Assembly (NCBI GenBank): GCA_002269645.1 | Contig: NIVC01001167.1 | Coordinates: forward strand, 1-64,000 | Direction: 5' to 3' | Length of the DNA: 64,000 nt | Source of the DNA: Macrostomum lignano | Lineage: Eukaryota | Shown: piece after piece, positions 39,945-53,300 of the stretch | How the letters are laid out: every line of letters starts with the position of its first letter | Numbering within the stretch: the first letter of the stretch is position 1 | Notes under the pieces: generated by a model | What the model saw: only the letters and a program-made list of their open reading frames with translations | Database searches by the model: none | What the model was told of the DNA's origin: nothing | Position numbers and translations under genes: made by a program

Positions 39945-42125
39945 TGACTGAAAGCCTGACAGCTCCCTCATGAACATTCAGTGACTGACAGCCTGACAGC
40001 TCCCTCATGAGCATTCAGTGACAGACAGCCTGACAGCTCCCTCATGAGCATTCAGTGACTGACAGGCTGACAGCTCCCTCATGAGCATTTAGTGACTGAC
40101 AGCCTGACAGCTCCCTCATGAGCATTCAGTGACTGACAGCCTGACAGCTCCCTCATGAGCATTCAGTGACTGACAGCCTGACAGCTCCCTCATGAGCATT
40201 CAGTGACCGACAGCCTGACAGCTCCCTCATGAGCATTCAGTGACAGACAGCCTGACAGCTCCCTCATGAGCATTCAGTGACCGACAGCCTGACAGCTCCC
40301 TCATGAGCATTCAGTGACTGACAGCCTGAGAGCTCCCTCATGAACATTCAGTGACTGACAGCCTGACAGCTCCCTCATGAACATTCAGTGACTGACAGCC
40401 TGACAGCTCCCTCATGAACATTCAGTGACTGACAGCCTGACAGCTCCCTCGTGAGCATTCAGTGACTGACAGCCTGACAGCTCCCTCATGAGCATTCAGT
40501 GACTGACAGCTCCCTCGTGAACATTCAGTGACTGACAGCTCCCTCGTGAACATTCAGTGACTGACAGCTCCCTCGGGAACATTCAGTGACTGACAGCTCC
40601 CTCGGGAACATTCAGTGACTGACAACCTGACAGCTCCCTCATGAGCATTCAGTGACTGACAGCCTGACAGCTCCCTCATGAGCATTCAGTGACTGAAATC
40701 CTGACAGCTCCCTCATGAGAATTCAGTGACTGACAGCCTGACAGCTCCCTCATGAGCATTCAGTGACTGACAGCCTGACAGCTCCCTCATGAGCATTCAG
40801 TGACTGACAGCCTGGCAGCTCCCTCATGAGCATTCAGTGACTGACAGCCTGACAGCTCCCTCATGAACATTCAGTGACTGACAGCCTGACAGCTCCCTCA
40901 TGAACATTCAGTGACTGACAGCCTGACAGCTCCCTCATGAACATTCAGTGACTGACAGCCTGACAGCTCCCTCATGAGCATTCAGTGACTTACAGCCTGA
41001 CAGCTCCCTCATGAACATTCAGTGACTGACAGCCTGACAGCTCCCTCATGAACATTCAGTGACTGACAGCTCCTGACAGCTCCCTCGTGAGCATTCAGTG
41101 ACTGACAGCTCCCTCGTGAACATTCAGTGACTGACAGCTCCCTCGTGAACATTCAGTGACTGACAGCTCCCTCGTGAACATTCAGTGACTGACAGCTCCC
41201 TCGGGAACATTCAGTGACTGACAGCTCCCTCGTGAACATTCAGTGACTGACAGCTCCCTCGTGAACATTCAGTGACTGACAGCTCCCTCGTGAACATTCA
41301 GTGACTGACAGCTCCCTCGTGAACATTCAGTGACTGACAGCTCCCTCGTGAACATTCAGTGACTGACAGCTCCCTCGTGAACATTCAGTGACTGACAACC
41401 TGACAGCTCCCTCATGAGCATTCAGTGACTGACAGCCTGACAGCTCCCTCATGAGCATTCAGTGACTGAAATCCTGACAGCTCCCTCATGAGAATTCAGT
41501 GACTGACAGCCTGACAGCTCCCTCATGAGCATTCAGTGACTGACAGCCTGACAGCTCCCTCATGAGCATTCAGTGACTGACAGCCTGACAGCTCCCTCAT
41601 GAGCATTCAGTGACTGACAGCCTGACAGCTCCCTCATGAACATTCAGTGACTGACAGCCTGACAGCTCCCTCATGAACATTCAGTGACTGACAGCCTGAC
41701 AGCTCCCTCATGAACATTCAGTGACTGACAGCCTGACAGCTCCCTCATGAGCATTCAGTGACTGACAGCCTGACAGCTCCCTCATGAACATTCAGTGACT
41801 GACAGCTCCTGACAGCTCCCTCGTGAGCATTCAGTGACTGACAGCTCCCTCGTGAACATTCAGTGACTGACAGCTCCCTCGGGAACATTCAGTGACTGAC
41901 AGCTCCCTCGGGAACATTCAGTGACTGACAGCTCCCTCGTGAACATTCAGTGACTGACAGCTCCCTCGTGAACATTCAGTGACTGACAGCTCCCTCGTGA
42001 ACATTCAGTGACTGACAGCTCCCTCGTGAACATTCAGTGACTGACAGCTCCCTCGTGAACATTCAGTGACTGACAGCTCCCTCGTGAACATTCAGTGACT
42101 GACAGCTCCCTCGTGAACATTCATT
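39945..42125. repeat. 37/29-bp minisatellite array (GACAGCCT-GACAGCTCCCTCATGAGCATTCAGTGACT) with higher-order duplication
   Basis: Long and short unit variants; diagnostic variants recur 773 bp apart. There are no spacers, so it is not CRISPR. Confidence 0.95.
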
Positions 42126-42747
42126 GACTAAAGAGTCATCGCAGTAAATTGAATTAACCTACAAGCTTTTCAAAATTGACGCCTAAAATCTTAATGTAAT
42201 TTTACTCTGACGTTTAATCTTTTTTTACGTTGCAGTTGCGTTGCCCTGGCTTGGCTTTTATGGTCGAAGGGGGGGACAAAGACAAGAATTCTACTTGTAA
42301 ATTATTTTGCGAGTCGGTGTTGTTAGCACACTCATTTTGGCACCACAGGTACTCATTTTGGCGACTTCACCAGACCCCTAACCTTTAACCTTAAAGCACT
42401 GGCGATCTGACCGGGATCTAGGGACCAGATTTGCTTGAAAATTATGTGCATGTATTGGCTAGAATATTACATACTCTACAGTCTATACAGTACTGTTTTA
42501 GCTGCGCCTAAATTGCGTAGCAAAATCCATGTAAGCCAAGTAGCAAATAAGCCACCCAGTTGCGGGAATGCTTTAGTCTAGGGCACCAATAGGATGCAGC
42601 TCGCACTTCGGAACAGGACTGCCGAGCGGAAGAGTTCGGCTTGAGCGCTCGATAACCTCTGAGTACTAGCAAATAACTCCTTAGCAACCGCCTTAAGAAA
42701 TCTACAGCATTCCGTTCTGCAGGCTGCTTTAAAAACTGAAGAGGAAA

Positions 42748-44862
42748 ATGCGAGCCCGACTCCGCACGGTGACCGGTGCCGCCCAGGAGGTGGCTGGCAT
42801 CACGAGAACCCACGGCTTGCTGCACATCTTTCTGTCCAGAGGCACAGCTCGACGGCTCTTCTGGCTGCTTCTGTTCGTAGCTGCCCTGATCGGCTGCACC
42901 GTCCACCTGGCCAAGTTGGTGCAGAAATTCACCGATCGCTCCGTTGAGTCGCAGCTGAAGCTGAGGAGCGAACGAGCCCAGTTTCCCGACATCACAATCT
43001 GCAATTTCAAGCCCATGTCTCTTTGCTTATCCATGAATAGGCAATATTACAACTACTTGAATAAATACTGGGGCAACTTCGACAACTGGTTCCAGGAGGA
43101 CACCAAAAAACGCCCGCAGGAATCGGATGAAAGCTACCAAAACCGAATTGAGAAGGTGTGTAAGAAGCTCCTGGACGTGATATGGGTGTCGGGCGACACC
43201 AGAGACATCTCCCACCTCGATAAGACCATGCTGCTGAGCTGCCGCTACAATAGAGAGCCGTGCAGTCACAGGAACTTCTCGCTTGTCCAGACCAGCCGGT
43301 TCTGGAGCTGCTACACGTTCCACCCGGACCCAGGGCAGTCGTCCAGCGGTTCTGGGGGCAGGGGAGCCGAGCTGGACATGGTGCTCTTCACCGATGGCTA
43401 CACAGACAGTTCATACCATTCTAGGAATATTTTTCAGACCGAACGGGAAAAATATAACCCTCCATCCTGCATGTCCCGCATATTATACAAAAGCAGATCT
43501 GCCAATCGGCTACTGCAGAACAACCAGCCTCAGTCTATTGGATTGCGGCTTTTCATTCACGACGCGAAAAGCTACCCGATGAGTCGTACGTAATTTTGAG
43601 GTCGCATTAAATTGTTTTCATAGCTCGTAGGTCACATAGTCTCACAGCCCATGCCAAACCCATGCCAAACCAGTCTCACAGCCCATGCCAAACCCATGCC
43701 AAACCGCAGAGACAGAGTTCGTGGACGTGGCCTCAGCCACCAGCACCTCCATCAAACTCAGGCCGGTCCACAACCGACTCAAGTCGACGTCGAGCCGCAG
43801 TTGCTCCGAGCCTCCAATCGAAACCATCAACTATGTCAGGCACTTCTCCAACGCCTCGCTGAACGTGGTCACCAAGGCCTACTCAAAGTCCGTCTCCGAT
43901 TTCGTAGTCGAGGCACAGCAGAGCATCCTGCACAGCAACTGCGGCTGCTATTCGCACCTGCTCCCGTTCTCGGTGAATACGAGCGACCTGTGCTACTTCG
44001 CTCCACCGCAGGAGTGGATCACCCCATCGGATGCTGTGCTGAAGAGAATCGACTGCCATGATCACTGGTTTCAGCACGCACAGAGGAAAAGCGAGGAGCT
44101 GGCGAAGGAGTTCCAACACCGGATGTGGTGCCAATTCACTCAGCAACGGCCTTGGCAGCAGAGCCGCAGGTGGCCCCCGTTCAGCGCCATTCAAGAGATC
44201 TGGGAGAACCTGATGGTGCCACAAGTCACACATGGAGTCGAGTTCCTGCCCGAGGATGGCAAGGTGCATCATATCTACGAGTATAAGAAAAATCACAGAT
44301 CCAGACAGGAAATTCTAGTTAATTTTCGTCTATCTCACGACAGAACCTGCCGTAATGTTTATGAATTAAAGAACTTACAGGCATACGAAGATTATATAAA
44401 TTTCGGAACGCCTTGCGTTCGGCATAGCGAATTGGCGGAGAACATGGCAGCAGTCAGCATCAGCTTGCAGAGTCCTGCCGCGGACGTTTACGAAGAGATG
44501 TACAGATACCACTGGACTGAGGCCCTGTCGGAGGTGAGAGCTGCATTCCAGTTATTGCAATATTCCAGTGTTTAAGGCTGGTGGTCAGACCCGCCTTAGC
44601 CCCACTGTCTCACCCTCAGCCCCACTTGCATGCCCAGTTAAAATCGGCTCCAGCAAATCCCAACGCCCTGATTCCCTTAGCAACACTGAGCTGCTGTGCC
44701 AGTTTTCAATTTTTCCTCGATATTCCGCAGGTCGGAGGAACTCTGGGACTCTGGCTTGGCATCAGCGTCGTGAGCACATTTGAGCTGCTTGAGTTCATCT
44801 ATATTCTGGTGCAGAGGTGCAGGAGAAACGATGACGACTCGGACACTGAAGAAGAGTCCTGA
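42748..44862 (+). CDS. DEG/ENaC (ASIC/FaNaC-type) sodium channel subunit, ~597 aa, 3 exons
   Basis: Exons 42748-43585, 43710-44533 and 44731-44862 (GT-AG, phases 1 and 0, 1794 nt). N-terminal THG motif, TM1 RLFWLLLF, FPDITICN, Cys-rich ectodomain CRYNREPC..F..CYTFH, GLRLFIH, and TM2 LSEVGGTLGLWLGISVVSTFELLE with the GxS filter. Confidence 0.9.
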
Positions 44863-44934
44863 GTTCGAACCGGCAGCTCTCTGCATAGCGATTTGGATCG
44901 GTCACTGGGTTCAGTTTCAATGGCTGCTTCTTTA

Positions 44935-45680
44935 TCACAGCATGATAGATACATGAACGTCTCTGTAATTTACTGTCACGGCATGACAAATCCCTGTAAT
45001 TTACAGTCACAGCATGAAAAATCCCTGTAATTTACTGTCACAGCATGATAAATCTCTGTAATGTGCTGTCACAGCATGAAAAATCCCTGTAATTTACTGT
45101 CACAGCATGATAAATCTCTGTAATGTGCTGTCACAGCATGATCAATCTCTGTAATTTACTGTCACAGCATGATCAATCTCTGTAATGTGCTGTCACAGCA
45201 TGATCAATCTCTGTAATTTACTGTCACAGCATGACAAATCCCTGTGATTTACTGTCACAGCCTGAAAAATCCCTGTAATTTACTGTCACAGCCTGAAAAA
45301 TCCCTGTAATTTACTGTCACAGCCTGAAAAATCCCTGTAATTTACTGCCACAGCATGATAATTCTCTGCAATTTACTGTCACAGCATGACAAATCTCTGT
45401 TATTTACTGTCACAGCATGATAAATCTCTATAATTTACTGCCACAGCATGATCAATCTCTGTAATTTACTGTCACATGTCACAGCATGACAAATCCCTGT
45501 AATTTACTGTCACAGCATGATCAATCTCTGTAATTTACTGTCACAGCATGACACATCCCTGTAGTTTACAGTCACAGCATGTAAATCTCTGTAATTTACT
45601 GTCACTGCATGTTTATTTCCTGTAATCTACTGTAACAGCATGATAAGTATAATATCTCTGTAATTTTCTGTCACAGCCCA
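44935..45680. repeat. 31-bp minisatellite (CTGTAATTTACTGTCACAGCATGACAAATCC)
   Basis: About 23 copies directly 3' of the channel gene. Confidence 0.95.
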
Positions 45681-46649
45681 GGGTTGCAAAAAGTGCCACA
45701 GGTGATTGTGTGGCACGCAAAAAATGACATGTGCAGCTTTACTTTTTTGTGAGTCCTGCAGACCTGTATGCAGCAACTGTCAAACCAGCATTTTCGCATG
45801 GTGCCTTCAATGCATGCATGGGATAAAGTTTTTCAAATTTATAATACTGTAGGTATAAGGTTCACAATTCGTTTGCCTATTCTTTTCCATTCAAACTTAC
45901 ATGTAAACATGTATGCACGAATTATCAGTCAGTCAACCGTCTTTCACTAAAATCCTATACTAAATCTTATATATAAACTAATACATATTTACATACTGGT
46001 AGAATATAGATAGTTTCATAATCAAACTAGCTTGAGCTTATTTTAAAATAAATTTGTTTATTTAACTAAATAAAGCTATTTTGACCCTATGTCAGAACAT
46101 TAGTATAAGTAGTAGTATAGTGCAGTATAGTACACTTTCCACACAAAAAATGATGGAGTTTATAAAGTTAATTGGTTTTAATAGGCCGTAAACATGTAAC
46201 ATGTAATAAAAAGTACATTAAAATTTCATGCACACTGCGCTGCAGTATGCAATAATAAAAAATTATGTATTCAAACAAGCAAATATATTTTTGGGGCAAA
46301 ATTCAGTAAGTAATCAAAGAACTTACACGTCGAATGCTCTATCAGTCATATATATACATGTATATACATGTACTACTGATTACAGCAGTAAGGTACTGCT
46401 ATGTGGTTCTGGTGAAAGATTAATTTTTGTACTGGTTGTTCTGTACGCATATAGTTAAATATTCATTTTAGTTGAAAAAAGACTGGAATTTACAGGAATT
46501 TTGGAATTTTGTATTGGTACGGAAGGATCACCCTATTACTTTTCTAAGTTTTCTGGTTAAGTTTCCCCGATGTTCTAACTATCAACTATCAAAAATCACT
46601 CCCCCCACTCCTGGAAACTGCCAGAGATAATTTCCAGGACAGAAGCCAA

Positions 46650-46832
46650 CAGTAGCGCAACCATGGAAATTTTCTGAGGGGGGCGGTTTCTGAAGAGTAA
46701 AGACCCGGGAGGGGGGCGGAGGGGCGGCTCTGTTTTTGGCGAAAATTCGCTTGGTCCCCCCTTCGAATTTTTTTCGGTCTCCGCCTGAGGGGGGCGGCGA
46801 CCGCCCCCCGCCGGCCGCTGGTTGTGCCACTG
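46650..46832. mobile_element. hAT-type MITE, 183 bp
   Basis: TIRs CAGTAGCGCAACC / GGTTGTGCCACTG (11/13); 8-bp TSD GAAGCCAA / GAAACCAA (7/8); GC-rich body in AT-rich DNA. Confidence 0.8.
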
Positions 46833-47362
46833 GAAACCAAGTCAAACAAATTCTGCATGTAGGCCAGTTGTAAGACATTAAAAACTCGAATAGTCCAATC
46901 GTTGATCCAACCATTATGAATTTAGAACAACTCAACTACAAAAACATCAGCCCTTCACCCGTACGTTTTTGGAGAAATTTTGCTATCTCAAAATCGCCAA
47001 GTCGCTAACCAAATATAGTAGAAGTACTATAGCGTTATGGACATACAATTAGAAACAAACAAATATTAGAGATTTAGTATATTTAGATTATGGACATTCA
47101 TTCATTCAAGCATACAAACCTTAGAGATTTAGTATATTTAGATTATTGTAGAACCGCAACGCAATCAAAGTAATTAAAGATTATATGGACCCGAATCAAC
47201 AACCCAGCGAATAGTTGGCGACTCCCAGTCTCCCAGGACCTCGAACCTCTTTTTTGCATTATTATATATGTTCAGATTTAGACAATTCTATATTATTACT
47301 GATAGTTCACTCGAATTATCTTATATAGAAATCATTAGAGATAGTAAACAACCAAAAATTAA

Positions 47363-50300
47363 GGTAAGGGGTAAAACACTACCCAAGAAATGGGGTAACA
47401 GGCTACCCGATGATTTTAGGCGTCTACCTGCTTCAAATCGTCCAGAAAATGTGCCTAACCTATGCAGCTTCTAGTGTGGAATTTTTTTAGGTGAAAAACT
47501 GAAAGATTATGATGAAATTCACGTTTATTTTTGTTGGTAGTGTTAATTTACTCCAAAAAGCTACCCAAAACTACCCGACCCCTACCCCCGTCATTGAGAA
47601 TCGAAAATCAATAGCTAAGCTTACTTTTACATCTTCTGCCATAATGTATAATATCAAGTGGTTTTAACGTGTATGAGCAAAGTTAGGGTAATGGGTAATT
47701 TGTTTTACTGTATTTTACTTTCGCATTTTTAACAGGCATTTTCGTTTACGTTTGGCAGGGTCGTTCTCAAAGTTTAGTCGTAAGCAGTGAAACGAATATT
47801 TTTGAAAATCAGCCTGAAATATTGAATCTTTTCTTATTTTAGCTCTAAAAGGACTTAAAAAATATATGCCTCTCATGGGTCTTAATCTTTTTTAACATTG
47901 AACTTTTGATGTTAATCTCATCAGAGTGCGCTATTTCATTTTTCGATATATATTTTTATTATCGCACGAGTTATAATACCCACTTTAGAGAAGCTACATT
48001 CTGTTCACGTGGTCTTATTAAAGAAGAAAATTGATAAATGTTATTTATAACTTTGGTTAGCACAACCTAGAACCCATTTAACTCTTTCGATTGCAAAGCA
48101 GATGTTGCTATTTCGATTTTTGCTAGAAACGTAACATTATGAATGATAAAAAAATCCACTTTTAATTAATTTGTTCTGTTGATAGAATACGCTAATAGCT
48201 GCGTTTTCTGCTGTTTTTTAAGAAAGATAGTCATATCTAACACTAAAGTATCAATTAAGGCAGTTTCATTCTATATTAAGAAAGAAAAGTTAAATAAATT
48301 CAATTTTAAGTTTTTTTCAATAGCACAAAATTAACCTAACAAAGAGAGATTTCGCTGACTACAACAAAGCAAGTAGCACCAAAGTTATTTTAATTTAAAG
48401 TCCTCATCTGTGGGATGAGAAAAAGTACCACTTTTTTGTCTCTAGTTATGAAAAAAAATTTTCTCAGCACATTGTTAGGTTTTTTGGATGTTTTTTTATG
48501 TACGCTCGTAATTTAGATGAATTTTTGCTATTGATCACCCAATATGTTAGTCAGAACAAACAGAATTTGATTTATGTAGATAAAATTGACTTTTTTTCTC
48601 TTAAAAACAGTCGTTTTTTGTTGTTTTCACACAATTTTTTCAACTGATTTAAAATTTGTATTGTAAGTTACAAGTAAACATAATGAGTCAAAACAAGAGT
48701 AGAAGAAAGTAGTAGAAAGTAGTAGTAGAAGAAAGAGAGTAGTAGAAACTGAAAAGAAAATAAGAGTAACGAATAATAAAAAAGTTGCATGATTTGATTA
48801 GTCAAGAAATAGTATTAAAACAATTTTGTATCTGATTTATTATCAATGAAATTAGCTGTCTGAAGCACAAAAAATTAATTTTTTTGAAACATTAAATTCA
48901 TTCTCATATGTTCTGCAATTCATTAAAGATATACATGTAGCAACTTAAACATTCAGTTGATACTTTCCACCTTTGGATGCATATAGCTACTAACAAGAAA
49001 AAAGACAAAAGAAAAAACTTAATTGCCATTGATGCTGGCAATGTAATATTAAATATGGTACAGAAAGATGGAATCTCTACAGAGAGTGCTGCCACACGAA
49101 TTTTTGAAGTGTTTAACAGATAAGTCATGGCAGTACCATAACAGACATACTATATTTTATATTACTCTTCGATTGACAATTACGCTTTAGATATGTTTTA
49201 GATGATGATTTTCCATTGGGACTGACTCTATATACCGAGGCCAGACACAGTTAAGTGCGGCTGACAGCACTGAAGCGGCGGTTAACAGAGAATGCGATGA
49301 GCTGTGGCCTGTGGAGACAGCCAGCTGATGTACGAGCATCAGTAGAAGGGAAAGACATCCAATAGTGTCTTGCTATTGGTTTGTTACATGTACAGCGAAC
49401 ATCTACTTTTATTCTAATGTGATCGATTTAATTCTACTGACCCAATTGGCTAAAGCACTGTAAACTGCACACCTCTCGGACGGATATGTAATGCCATTTG
49501 CTGCACTTTTACCTGTTTCTCTGCCAGAACACCAGCATCATTGTATGTGCCACAATGCTAAGATGTGCAGTGGTCCTTTGGGTGTGGTTAGTTCTGCAGG
49601 CATCGACGTAATTTATCAAATGAGACGAATTGTATACCGAGCATTACAGCTAGTGCAGGGCCAGAATCGATTACAGAGGTTCGCCAGAGCAATTGCAGTG
49701 ATCCATGTGGCTGCCGAGTCAGACGTCTGTAATAGGCTAATTAACTTACCAAGACCAAAGTATTTAATTTAAATTTATAAGCTGTTCTTTTAGTAGTTAT
49801 GCAGCCTAATTACATAAGAAAATAGTATAGTAAAATAGTAAAATAGTATTAAAGCTATGTTGCAGAATATAAATGCTTGCTGAAGTATTTTTTTTTAAAA
49901 ACGCAAGTCTGTTCGAAAAAAGATACATGCATTTTAGGTTTTAAAAGAAATGGCTTCCTAGCTCGTTTACTATATATATTCTAATTCAAAAAAACTTTTA
50001 ATGCTTTAAAAGACATATTTTGCAAGCCTAATTTTTAGCTAAACCAGTTTTGTATATTTTAAGCTTCATATTTCGGTGTTTAAGTACAATAATTAAGTTC
50101 TTGAGTGGTACAATATCAATTATTTCGGGTGTTTCTTGTTACGCGATAATTTTAAATACAAGCAATTTATACGAAAAAAACAAAATGTTGATTTAAAAAT
50201 AACATTTTCTATTGAAATAATACTTATTAAATAGTAAACATAGAATAAAAGATGTATCTAATTCATAAAAAAATAAAAGAAAACTTGCATTATTTCACAA

Positions 50301-53300
50301 TTTTTGGTCGTTTTATTTTCCGTTGCGAAAAATAACAAATTGCTAGATTTCGTCTTAAATATTTGGTTTCTTGTGGTTTTAACGGCAGTTTTTTAATTAA
50401 ATTGACGAAAGAATCGTTTTTGCAAAATAATTACTTTATTCAAAAACTTTTTTTTCTGTACCAAAACATCATGACCTTAATTTGAGAACTACCCGGCAAC
50501 TTAGTTATTGTGTAGCCCGTTAAGCTAGTGTAAGGTGCAAACTAATATTAAAGCATCGTTTTTTAGTTGATGCATAGTATAGAAAATAAATTACATCTAA
50601 TAGAGGCTCGGTATATTTTTGCCTCAATTCAAAGTGAATTTCACTGTTGAAGTTTTTTATCGTTAGGCCTAACATTAAATTTATTCATTAAAAATTAAGC
50701 AGATTGTGTAAAGTATAAGTATGAAATGCCATATACCATATGTCAGCTGTCCTTTATATGTTTATATATTTACGCTTTGTATACCAGAAGCATAATACTA
50801 TGTTTACTCAATTATTTTTGGCCATGCCTTGTCTGTCACTACCATTGGGCATTCTATGGATGGCTTTTGATAGGTTTATAGACTAAATGCTGATTTCTGA
50901 TAAAAAATCGATATAAGACCCAATAAATGTGCTATTTTAGCCCACTAGAAGCGCTTCTAATAGGTTCTGAGCGACTGCGTTGCCGTCTTTCAAATGCATT
51001 TTGCATGCCCAATCAAAATGTAGTGTGGTCCGGATGGTGTTGGGCCGTTGGGCGGTTCTACGAGTATGTATGTACTCGAGCTCGAATGGCTGGTATGGGC
51101 ATGGATTACTTTAGTAAGTTGACCTAAGATTTTGAAAAGTCGAAATTTTTTCAAAATGATTGCCCACTTGCAAAATGACTCTTTCCCAATGATTTTGGCA
51201 TGAGAAATCGAATGGCGAAACTCCGGAGACGCCAGGCAGTGAGGCAAAAAAGTTGGAGCTATTTTTAACTTTTTCTTGGCTTGGAGATTTGGAATCTCAA
51301 AGTTTGATATTCTAAAGTAGAAATCTCAAAGCATTGTATAGTGCATTTCTGTGCCTATGCCTAAGTTCACTATCTACGTATTTGTGCACCATTTGCACAG
51401 CACCTAGCAATATCACGGACCAGAATGGGGCAAATCCTGGGTGATTTAGTGAAAGTTGAGATGTTCCAAAAGTCAATTAAGATAAATATCAATTACAAAA
51501 TTTATTGTTGCTCTAAATTGACTAAATCGATAAGAATCAAATGGTTCTTATGTATATAAAGGAAACACGTAGGAGCTAAGACAATATATTTCAAGGTCCA
51601 AGGAATAGAGAAATTACAAAATTACAGACGCAAAATGGATTACCAAAAGTACGCTGATTATGTCCAGAAATTTTTTGTCGGGATGCGTGTAGAGCACCCC
51701 AAGAGAATTACACTTTAAAACTTACTTTTCCAAATGTGGCTAATGTATACGCATTGACCTAACAAATGGATTGCTACTAACAGCTTGCTAGGTCTCATTT
51801 CTATTAGAAAAACAAATAGAAGACATGGATCACATTTTGTATCCTAGTTTAGTGTCTTAGAAATAAGTTCCTTTCACTTATATTGATATTGCTTCCATAA
51901 ACCACTATTAAAAGTCTATGAGATAACTGTTTCTTAAACATTTGTGTCCACAATGCATATTGTTTCTAGTACGGCTAGTGCGGGTTTCACAGATCAAGTG
52001 AATCCGTATGGAAATTTTAAATAGATTATCTTGCTCATCTCACACGCCGTTTACGAAGCATCATCTGAGATTTTACTTGCCGCGATTGCAGCTGCATCAG
52101 GACAACCGACTCTTGCTCGTCTCCTCCCAGCTCCTGCTCATTGCCGCCCAGCTCCTGCTCGTCGCCACCCAGCTCCTGCTCGTCGCTGCCTAGCTCCTGC
52201 TCATCGCCGCCCAGCTCCTGCTTGTCGCCGCCCAGCTCCTGCTTGCCAATGTTTACTTCAAGGTTATTGACTAACTCTTCGTTATAATGGCTATGATTGG
52301 GCTCATTGTTCTGTAACGAAATAGCTGAGCAGAGATCAACCACAGAATGAAGCATCGAAGAATGCGGTCATTCCCACGGAGTGCCAACTGGGTGAGCGAA
52401 CGTTGAAGTATACGTCGCATGTGTGGTGATGTGCACGGATGAGCAAGGCAAGGTTGGTGAGGTAAATTTACTGTCTAGATGGGGTAGAAAGACAACGAAG
52501 CCACTCTTTACCATTTTGGTGGTGCTTGCCATGGATTGCTCCACCATATACGCCATGTAGAAATACAGCCACTTTAGGCTCTTCAATGGAAGTAATAACA
52601 GACACTCGGTCTTTACCACACCACTTGTAGCCATGCTGACTGTAAATGTGAACACAAGACGCAGTCATTCCACGAGTATAAACACAAAGCCTTTGGCATA
52701 TACTGCGCAACGGTAGATCTTGTGGGAGTGCAAACACCACAATTACAGAACTATCAGGACATGGCAGTGGCGGACCAGGCTGCAGTAAGTCTACAGTAAG
52801 TGTAGTCTATAGGAGGTTCAGCTGCAATTTTTATAGGATTTTAGAAGTCTAACATTAGTATCTAAATTGACAGACACTCAGAAAGACTGGATCAGAGACA
52901 ATAGTACTACAAAGATACTATTTGTGCTTGTCCTATAGTTACTACACTTTACATTTATGAACCAACCCAATGCAAACTGAAAACTAATGTATACCATCTG
53001 ATACCAACTAATGCCAAGTAAATGCCAACTAATGCCAGGTGTCTGCCAAGTAAATGCCAACTAATGCTAAGTAAATGCCAGGTAATGCCATGTAATCAGT
53101 TACTTGGCCAGGCCTAGGCCTATGGCATTTGCCAAGTAAATGCCAAGTAATGCCAGGCCTATGACAATCTAGTATTCTAAAAATGAAAATATATACTAAT
53201 AATAGAATCTTCAGTTTGCAATACTCTAAGTTAGTTATTAAATAAGTTTGGACTTTAATTATAATCATAACAGATAAAAAGCAAAGTAAGGCACAAAATG

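Noticed and set aside
39945-42125. Regular repeats resembling a CRISPR array
   Set aside because: Units are contiguous with no unique spacers, there are no cas genes, and the context is eukaryotic. The same applies to the other arrays.
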